64,000 nucleotides of DNA from Auanema rhodensis (taxonomy: Eukaryota; Animalia; Nematoda). Both the position numbers and the translations under genes were made by a program. Shown here piece after piece: positions 1 to 9,600 of this stretch (position 1 is the first letter of the stretch; every line of letters starts with the position of its first letter). Under the pieces are notes generated by a model. It was given only the letters and a program-made list of their open reading frames with translations, made no database searches and was not told where the DNA came from. The stretch lies in assembly GCA_964057225.1 (NCBI GenBank), contig OZ059894.1, positions 22,134,001-22,198,000 of the forward strand, in the 5' to 3' direction.

Positions 1-30
1 AAAACATCTACTTTTTGCTAAATTATTCTG

Positions 31-51
31 AAATTTTTCGAAAAAATTTTT
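31..51. other. A/T-tract palindrome TTTTTCGAAAAA (34-45); flanked by an ATTTTGA/TCAAAAT inverted repeat (pos 25-31/53-59) in T28 copies; present in nearly every monomer
   Basis: Read directly from sequence. Confidence 0.9.
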
Positions 52-72
52 GTCAAAATGTTTTTGGAAGCA

Positions 73-100
73 ATGTTGAGTGTACATGGAAACTCAACAT
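73..100. other. Inverted repeat, perfect 9-bp stem with 10-nt loop; present in essentially every monomer
   Basis: ATGTTGAGT (73-81) / ACTCAACAT (92-100). Confidence 0.93.
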
Positions 101-183
101 ACACTAATGCATCATTTTTCAAACGATCATAACTAATTTGTGTATTAAGCGTTTCTTGATGTAGTATAGTGCATTCGATGCGG

Positions 184-234
184 ATTTTTAAGCTGCGTCG
201 ATCTGTGTTATCAGATTTGCGCTAGCTTAAAAAT
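184..234. other. Long imperfect inverted repeat (11-bp perfect outer stem + 3-bp + 5-bp inner stems); present in each monomer
   Basis: ATTTTTAAGCT (184-194) / AGCTTAAAAAT (224-234); GCG (195-197) / CGC (220-222); ATCTG (201-205) / CAGAT (212-216). Confidence 0.93.
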
Positions 235-251
235 GCACCGAGATATCAACT

Positions 252-273
252 GATATAAGTTCACACTTATATC
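252..273. other. Inverted repeat, perfect 9-bp stem with 4-nt loop; present in each monomer
   Basis: GATATAAGT (252-260) TCAC ACTTATATC (265-273), flanked by CGAG (239-242) / CTCG (274-277). Confidence 0.93.
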
Positions 274-3200
274 CTCGATTTTCACCCTGAAGAATTAATT
301 TTTTCGTTGAATAACATTGTCCATCGTCTTTGCCTTAAAAAAAGGAATCTAAAAACATCTACTTTTTGCTAAATTATTCTGAAATGTTTCGGAAAAATTT
401 TTGTCAAAATGTTTTTGGAAGCAATGTTGAGTGTACATGGAAACTCAACATACACTAATGCATCATTTTTCAAACGATCATAACTAATTTTTGTATCAAG
501 CGTTTCTTGATGTAGTATAGTGCATTCGATGCGGATTTTTAAGCTGCGTCGATCTGTGTTATCAGATTTGCGCTAGCTTAAAAATGCACCGAGATATCAA
601 CTGATATAAGTTCACACTTATATCCTCGATTTTCACCCTGAAGAATTAATTTTTTCGTTGAATAACATTGTCCATCGTCTTTGCCTCAAAAAAAGGAATC
701 TAAAAACATCTACTTTTTGCTAAATTATTCTGAAATTTTTCGAAAAAATTTTTGTCAAAATGTTTTTGGAAGCAATGTTGAGTGTACATGGAAACTCAAC
801 ATACACTAATGCATCATTTTTCAAACGATCATAACTAATTTTTGTATCAAGCGTTTCTTGATGTAGTATAGTGCATTCGATGCGGATTTTTAAGCTGCGT
901 CGATCTGTGTTATCAGATTTGCGCTAGCTTAAAAATGCACCGAGATATCAACTGATATAAGTTCACACTTATATCCTCGATTTTCACCCTGAAGAATTAA
1001 TTTTTTCGTTGAATAACATTGTCCATCGTCTTTGCCTTAAAAAAAGGAATCTAAAAACATCTACTTTTTGCTAAATTATTCTGAAATTTTTCGAAAAAAT
1101 TTTTGTCAAAATGTTTTTGGAAGCAATGTTGAGTGTACATGGAAACTCAACATACACTAATGCATCATTTTTCAAACGATCATAACTAATTTGTGTATTA
1201 AGCGTTTCTTGATGTAGTATAGTGCATTCGATGCGGATTTTTAAGCTGCGTCGATCTGTGTTATCAGATTTGCGCTAGCTTAAAAATGCACCGAGATATC
1301 AACTGATATAAGTTCACACTTATATCCTCGATTTTCACCCTGAAGAATTAATTTTTTCGTTGAATAACATTGTCCATCGTCTTTGCCTTAAAAAAAGGAA
1401 TCTAAAAACATCTACTTTTTGCTAAATTATTCTGAAATTTTTCGAAAAAATTTTTGTCAAAATGTTTTTGGAAGCAATGTTGAGTGTACATGGAAACTCA
1501 ACATACACTAATGCATCATTTTTCAAACGATCATAACTAATTTTTGTATCAAGCGTTTCTTGATGTAGTATAGTGCATTCGATGCGGATTTTTAAGCTGC
1601 GTCGATCTGTGTTATCAGATTTGCGCTAGCTTAAAAATGCACCGAGATATCAACTGATATAAGTTCACACTTATATCCTCGATTTTCACCCTGAAGAATT
1701 AATTTTTTCGTTGAATAACATTGTCTATCGTCTTTGCCTTGAAAAATGGAATCTAAAAACATCTACTTTTTGCTAAATTATTTTGAAATTTTTCGAAAAA
1801 ATTTTTGTCAAAATGTTTTTGGAAGCAATGTTGAGTGTACATGGAAACTCAACATACACTAATGCATCATTTTTCAAACGATCATAACTAATTTTTGTAT
1901 CAAGCGTTTCTTGATGTAGTATAGTGCATTCGATGCGGATTTTTAAGCTGCGTCGATCTGTGTTATCAGATTTGCGCTAGCTTAAAAATGCACCGAGATA
2001 TCAACTGATATAAGTTCACACTTATATCCTCGATTTTCACCCTGAAGAATTAATTTTTTCGTTGAATAACATTGTCCATCGTCTTTGCCTTGAAAAAAGG
2101 AATCTAAAAACATCTACTTTTTGCTAAATTATTCTGAAATTTTTCGAAAAAATTTTTGTCAAAATGTTTTTGGAAGCAATGTTGAGTGTACATGGAAACT
2201 CAACATACACTAATGCATCATTTTTCAAACGATCATAACTAATTTGTGTATTAAGCGTTTCTTGATGTAGTATAGTGCATTCGATGCGGATTTTTAAGCT
2301 GCGTCGATCTGTGTTATCAGATTTGCGCTAGCTTAAAAATGCACCGAGATATCAACTGATATAAGTTCACACTTATATCCTCGATTTTCACCCTGAAGAA
2401 TTAATTTTTTCGTTGAATAACATTGTCCATCGTCTTTGCCTTAAAAAAAGGAATCTAAAAACATCTACTTTTTGCTAAATTATTTTGAAATTTTTCGAAA
2501 AAATTTTTGTCAAAATGTTTTTGGAAGCAATGTTGAGTGTACATGGAAACTCAACATACACTAATGCATCATTTTTCAAACGATCATAACTAATTTTTGT
2601 ATCAAGCGTTTCTTGATGTAGTATAGTGCATTCGATGCGGATTTTTAAGCTGCGTCGATCTGTGTTATCAGATTTGCGCTAGCTTAAAAATGCACCGAGA
2701 TATCAACTGATATAAGTTCACACTTATATCCTCGATTTTCACCCTGAAGAATTAATTTTTTCGTTGAATAACATTGTCCATCGTCTTTGCCTTAAAAAAA
2801 GGAATCTAAAAACATCTACTTTTTGCTAAATTATTTTGAAATTTTTCGAAAAAATTTTTGTCAAAATGTTTTTGGAAGCAATGTTGAGTGTACATGGAAA
2901 CTCAACATACACTAATGCATCATTTTTCAAACGATCATAACTAATTTTTGTATCAAGCGTTTCTTGATGTAGTATAGTGCATTCGATGCGGATTTTTAAG
3001 CTGCGTCGATCTGTGTTATCAGATTTGCGCTAGCTTAAAAATGCACCGAGATATCAACTGATATAAGTTCACACTTATATCCTCGATTTTCACCCTGAAG
3101 AATTAATTTTTTCGTTGAATAACATTGTCTATCGTCTTTGCCTTGAAAAATGGAATCTAAAAACATCTACTTTTTGCTAAATTATTTTGAAATTTTTCGA

Positions 3201-4212
3201 AAAAATTTTTGTCAAAATGTTTTTGGAAGCAATGTTGAGTGTACATGGAAACTCAACATACACTAATGCATCATTTTTCAAACGATCATAACTAATTTTT
3301 GTATCAAGCGTTTCATGATGTAGTATAGTGCATTCGATGCGGATTTTTAAGCTGCGTCGATCTGTGTTATCAGATTTGCGCTAGCTTAAAAATGCACCGA
3401 GATATCAACTGATATAAGTTCACACTTATATCCTCGATTTTCACCCTGAAGAATTAATTTTTTCGTTGAATAACATTGTCCATCGTCTTTGCCTTAAAAA
3501 AAGGAATCTAAAAACATCTACTTTTTGCTAAATTATTCTGAAATTTTCCGAAAAAATTTTTGTCAAAATGTTTTTGGAATCAATGTTGAGTGTACATGGA
3601 AACTCAACATACACTAATGCATCATTTTTCAAACGATCATAACTAATTTTTGTATCAAGCGTTTCTTGATGTAGTATAGTGCATTCGATGCGGATTTTTA
3701 AGCTGCGTCGATCTGTGTTATCAGATTTGCGCTAGCTTAAAAATGCACCGAGATATCAACTGATATAAGTTCACACTTATATCCTCGATTTTCACCCTGA
3801 AGAATTAATTTTTTCGTTGAATAACATTGTCCATCGTCTTTGCCTTAAAAAAAGGAATCTAAAAACATCTACTTTTTGCTAAATTATTCTGAAATTTTTC
3901 GAAAAAATTTTTGTCAAAATGTTTTTGGAAGCAATGTTGAGTGTACATGGAAACTCAACATACACTAATGCATCATTTTTCAAACGATCATAACTAATTT
4001 GTGTATTAAGCGTTTCTTGATGTAGTATAGTGCATTCGATGCGGATTTTTAAGCTGCGTCGATCTGTGTTATCAGATTTGCGCTAGCTTAAAAATGCACC
4101 GAGATATCAACTGATATAAGTTCACACTTATATCCTCGATTTTCACCCTGAAGAATTAATTTTTTCGTTGAATAACATTGTCCATCGTCTTTGCCTTAAA
4201 AAAAGAAATCTA

Positions 4213-6318
4213 AAAACATCTACTTTTTGCTAAATTATTCTGAAATTTTTCGAAAAAATTTTTGTCAAAATGTTTTTGGAAGCAATGTTGAGTGTACATG
4301 GAAACTCAACATACACTAATGCATCATTTTTCAAACGATCATAACTAATTTTTGTATCAAGCGTTTCTTGATGTAGTATAGTGCATTCGATGCGGATTTT
4401 TAAGCTGCGTCGATCTGTGTTATCAGATTTGCGCTAGCTTAAAAATGCACCGAGATATCAACTGATATAAGTTCACACTTATATCCTCGATTTTCACCCT
4501 GAAGAATTAATTTTTTCGTTGAATAACATTGTCTATCGTCTTTGCCTTGAAAAATGGAATCTAAAAACATCTACTTTTTGCTAAATTATTTTGAAATTTT
4601 TCGAAAAAATTTTTGTCAAAATGTTTTTGGAAGCAATGTTGAGTGTACATGGAAACTCAACATACACTAATGCATCATTTTTCAAACGATCATAACTAAT
4701 TTTTGTATCAAGCGTTTCATGATGTAGTATAGTGCATTCGATGCGGATTTTTAAGCTGCGTCGATCTGTGTTATCAGATTTGCGCTAGCTTAAAAATGCA
4801 CCGAGATATCAACTGATATAAGTTCACACTTATATCCTCGATTTTCACCCTGAAGAATTAATTTTTTCGTTGAATAACATTGTCCATCGTCTTTGCCTTA
4901 AAAAAAGGAATCTAAAAACATCTACTTTTTGCTAAATTATTCTGAAATTTTCCGAAAAAATTTTTGTCAAAATGTTTTTGGAAGCAATGTTGAGTGTACA
5001 TGGAAACTCAACATACACTAATGCATCATTTTTCAAACGATCATAACTAATTTGTGTATTAAGCGTTTCTTGATGTAGTATAGTGCATTCGATGCGGATT
5101 TTTAAGCTGCGTCGATCTGTGTTATCAGATTTGCGCTAGCTTAAAAATGCACCGAGATATCAACTGATATAAGTTCACACTTATATCCTCGATTTTCACC
5201 CTGAAGAATTAATTTTTTCGTTGAATAACATTGTCCATCGTCTTTGCCTTAAAAAAAGAAATCTAAAAACATCTACTTTTTGCTAAATTATTCTGAAATT
5301 TTTCGAAAAAATTTTTGTCAAAATGTTTTTGGAAGCAATGTTGAGTGTACATGGAAACTCAACATACACTAATGCATCATTTTTCAAACGATCATAACTA
5401 ATTTTTGTATCAAGCGTTTCTTGATGTAGTATAGTGCATTCGATGCGGATTTTTAAGCTGCGTCGATCTGTGTTATCAGATTTGCGCTAGCTTAAAAATG
5501 CACCGAGATATCAACTGATATAAGTTCACACTTATATCCTCGATTTTCACCCTGAAGAATTAATTTTTTCGTTGAATAACATTGTCTATCGTCTTTGCCT
5601 TGAAAAATGGAATCTAAAAACATCTACTTTTTGCTAAATTATTTTGAAATTTTTCGAAAAAATTTTTGTCAAAATGTTTTTGGAAGCAATGTTGAGTGTA
5701 CATGGAAACTCAACATACACTAATGCATCATTTTTCAAACGATCATAACTAATTTTTGTATCAAGCGTTTCATGATGTAGTATAGTGCATTCGATGCGGA
5801 TTTTTAAGCTGCGTCGATCTGTGTTATCAGATTTGCGCTAGCTTAAAAATGCACCGAGATATCAACTGATATAAGTTCACACTTATATCCTCGATTTTCA
5901 CCCTGAAGAATTAATTTTTTCGTTGAATAACATTGTCCATCGTCTTTGCCTTAAAAAAAGGAATCTAAAAACATCTACTTTTTGCTAAATTATTCTGAAA
6001 TTTTCCGAAAAAATTTTTGTCAAAATGTTTTTGGAAGCAATGTTGAGTGTACATGGAAACTCAACATACACTAATGCATCATTTTTCAAACGATCATAAC
6101 TAATTTTTGTATCAAGCGTTTCTTGATGTAGTATAGTGCATTCGATGCGGATTTTTAAGCTGCGTCGATCTGTGTTATCAGATTTGCGCTAGCTTAAAAA
6201 TGCACCGAGATATCAACTGATATAAGTTCACACTTATATCCTCGATTTTCACCCTGAAGAATTAATTTTTTCGTTGAATAACATTGTCCATCGTCTTTGC
6301 CTTAAAAAAAGGAATCTA
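4213..6318. repeat. Local 3-monomer (1053-bp) higher-order duplication, m13-15 / m16-18
   Basis: Rare variants recur 1053 bp apart: GTCTATC at 4534/5587, TTTCATG at 4719/5772, TTCCG at 4952/6005, and AAGAAATC at 4206/5259. Boundaries are approximate. Confidence 0.8.
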
Positions 6319-6639
6319 AAAACATCTACTTTTTGCTAAATTATTCTGAAATTTTTCGAAAAAATTTTTGTCAAAATGTTTTTGGAAGCAATGTTGAGTG
6401 TACATGGAAACTCAACATACACTAATGCATCATTTTTCAAACGATCATAACTAATTTGTGTATTAAGCGTTTCTTGATGTAGTATAGTGCATTCGATGCG
6501 GATTTTTAAGCTGCGTCGATCTGTGTTATCAGATTTGCGCTAGCTTAAAAATGCACCGAGATATCAACTGATATAAGTTCACACTTATATCCTCGATTTT
6601 CACCCTGAAGAATTAATTTTTTCGTTGAATAACATTGTC

Positions 6640-9600
6640 TATCGTCTTTGCCTTGAAAAATGGAATCTAAAAACATCTACTTTTTGCTAAATTATTTTGA
6701 AATTTTTCGAAAAAATTTTTGTCAAAATGTTTTTGGAAGCAATGTTGAGTGTACATGGAAACTCAACATACACTAATGCATCATTTTTCAAACGATCATA
6801 ACTAATTTTTGTATCAAGCGTTTCTTGATGTAGTATAGTGCATTCGATGCGGATTTTTAAGCTGCGTCGATCTGTGTTATCAGATTTGCGCTAGCTTAAA
6901 AATGCACCGAGATATCAACTGATATAAGTTCACACTTATATCCTCGATTTTCACCCTGAAGAATTAATTTTTTCGTTGAATAACATTGTCCATCGTCTTT
7001 GCCTTAAAAAAAGGAATCTAAAAACATCTACTTTTTGCTAAATTATTCTGAAATTTTTCGAAAAAATTTTTGTCAAAATGTTTTTGGAAGCAATGTTGAG
7101 TGTACATGGAAACTCAACATACACTAATGCATCATTTTTCAAACGATCATAACTAATTTGTGTATTAAGCGTTTCTTGATGTAGTATAGTGCATTCGATG
7201 CGGATTTTTGAGCTGCGTCGATCTGTGTTATCAGATTTGCGCTAGCTTAAAAATGCACCGAGATATCAACTGATATAAGTTCACACTTATATCCTCGATT
7301 TACACCCTGAAGAATTAATTTTCTCGTTGAATAACATTGTCCATCGTCTTTGCCTTGAAAAAAGAAATCTAAAAACATCTACTTTTTGCTAAATTATTTT
7401 GAAATTTTTCGAAAAAATTTTTGTCAAAATGTTTTTGGAAGCAATGTTGAGTGTACATGGAAACTCAACATACACTAATGCATCATTTTTCAAACGATCA
7501 TAACTAATTTGTGTATTAAGCGTTTCTTAATGTAGTATAGTGCATTCGATGCGGATTTTTAAGCTGCGTCGATCTGTGTTATCAGATTTGCGCTAGCTTA
7601 AAAATGCACCGAGATATCAACTGATATAAGTTCACACTTATATCCTCGATTTTCACCCTGAAGAATTAATTTTTTCGTTGAATAACATTGTCCATCGTCT
7701 TTGCCTTAAAAAAAGGAATCTAAAAACATCTACTTTTTGCTAAATTATTTTGAAATTTTTCGAAAAAATTTTTGTCAAAATGTTTTTGGAAGCAATGTTG
7801 AGTGTACATGGAAACTCAACATACACTAATGCATCATTTTTCAAACGATCATAACTAATTTTTGTATCAAACGTTTCTCAATGTAGTATAGTGCATTCGA
7901 TGCGGATTTTTAAGCTGCGTCGATCTGTGTTATCAGATTTGCGCTAGCTTAAAAATGCACCGAGATATCAACTGATATAAGTTCACACTTATATCCTCGA
8001 TTTTCACCCTGAAGAATTAATTTTTTCGTTGAATAACATTGTCCATCGTCTTTGCCTTAAAAAAAGGAATCTAAAAACATCTACTTTTTGCTGAATTATT
8101 CTGAAATTTTTCGAAAAAATTTTTGTCAAAATGTTTTTGGAAGCAATGTTGAGTGTACATGGAAACTCAACATACACTAATGCATCATTTTTCAAACGAT
8201 CATAACTAATTTTTGTATTAAGCGTTTCTCAATGTAGTATAGTGCATTCGATGCGGATTTTTAAGCTGCGTCGATCTGTGTTATCAGATTTGCGCTAGCT
8301 TAAAAATGCACCGAGATATCAACTGATATAAGTTCACACTTATATCCTCGATTTTCACCCTGAAGAATTAATTTTTTCGTTGAATAACATTGTCCATCGT
8401 CTTTGCCTTAAAAAAAGGAATCTAAAAACATCTACTTTTTGCTAAATTATTTTGAAATTTTTCGAAAAAATTTTTGTCAAAATGTTTTTGGAAGCAATGT
8501 TGAGTGTACATGGAAACTCAACATACACTAATGCATCATTTTTCAAACGATCATAACTAATTTTTGTATCAAGCGTTTCTTGATGTAGTATAGTGCATTC
8601 GATGCGGATTTTTAAGCTGCGTCGATCTGTGTTATCAGATTTGCGCTAGCTTAAAAATGCACCGAGATATCAACTGATATAAGTTCACACTTATATCCTC
8701 GATTTTCACCCTGAAGAATTAATTTTTTCGTTGAATAACATTGTCTATCGTCTTTGCCTTGAAAAATGGAATCTAAAAACATCTACTTTTTGCTAAATTA
8801 TTTTGAAATTTTTCGAAAAAATTTTTGTCAAAATGTTTTTGGAAGCAATGTTGAGTGTACATGGAAACTCAACATACACTAATGCATCATTTTTCAAACG
8901 ATCATAACTAATTTTTGTATCAAGCGTTTCTTGATGTAGTATAGTGCATTCGATGCGGATTTTTAAGCTGCGTCGATCTGTGTTATCAGATTTGCGCTAG
9001 CTTAAAAATGCACCGAGATATCAACTGATATAAGTTCACACTTATATCCTCGATTTTCACCCTGAAGAATTAATTTTTTCGTTGAATAACATTGTCCATC
9101 GTCTTTGCCTTAAAAAAAGGAATCTAAAAACATCTACTTTTTGCTAAATTATTCTAAAATTTTTCGAAAAAATTTTTGTCAAAATGTTTTTGGAAGCAAT
9201 GTTGAGTGTACATGGAAACTCAACATACACTAATGCATCATTTTTCAAACGATCATAACTAATTTGTGTATTAAGCGTTTCTTGATGTAGTATAGTGCAT
9301 TCGATGCGGATTTTTAAGCTGCGTCGATCTGTGTTATCAGATTTGCGCTAGCTTAAAAATGCACCGAGATATCAACTGATATAAGTTCACACTTATATCC
9401 TCGATTTTCACCCTGAAGAATTAATTTTTTCGTTGAATAACATTGTCCATCGTCTTTGCCTTAAAAAAAGGAATCTAAAAACATCTACTTTTTGCTAAAT
9501 TATTTTGAAATTTTTCGAAAAAATTTTTGTCAAAATGTTTTTGGAAGCAATGTTGAGTGTACATGGAAACTCAACATACACTAATGCATCATTTTTCAAA

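Larger units (their letters stand above)
1..351. repeat. Reference monomer (arbitrary phase), 351 bp, ~32% GC
   Basis: Hand count gives 54 G + 57 C out of 351, with 12 CpG. The next copy begins at 352. Confidence 0.97.

Noticed and set aside
184-273. Compensatory evolution in the long stems
   Set aside because: Some variants are G.T-compatible (A190G, C193T, A229G, A255G) but others break pairs (T187C, G205C, G214A, G225A, T267A). No double compensatory change was seen.
184-305. Hairpins as bacterial Rho-independent terminators
   Set aside because: The stems are AT-rich, there is no upstream gene, and the context is a eukaryote-type satellite.
302-318. CENP-B box-like TTTCGTTGAATAACATT
   Set aside because: It matches TTCG and the central A but lacks CGGG (5 of 9 core positions).
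287-345. Hammerhead ribozyme (known in some newt, schistosome and cricket satellites); CTGAAGA at 287-293 fits CUGANGA
   Set aside because: No stem II closes onto a downstream GAAA and I could not build stems I/III. The minus strand has only CUGAUAA. An Infernal/Rfam search of a dimer would settle it.
1-351. tRNA, 5S rRNA, snRNA or spliced-leader RNA tandem gene unit
   Set aside because: No cloverleaf with T-loop GTTCRA, no 5S-like sequence and no spliced-leader exon I can recognise. Not excluded without an Rfam search.
1-351. Assignment to a named ~350-360-bp satellite (Drosophila 1.688/359-bp, Tribolium TCAST)
   Set aside because: Length and AT content are similar, but I cannot recognise real sequence identity. 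A BLAST search is needed.
1-351. Internal dimer (2x~175) or trimer (3x117) substructure
   Set aside because: No visible similarity between halves or thirds by eye.
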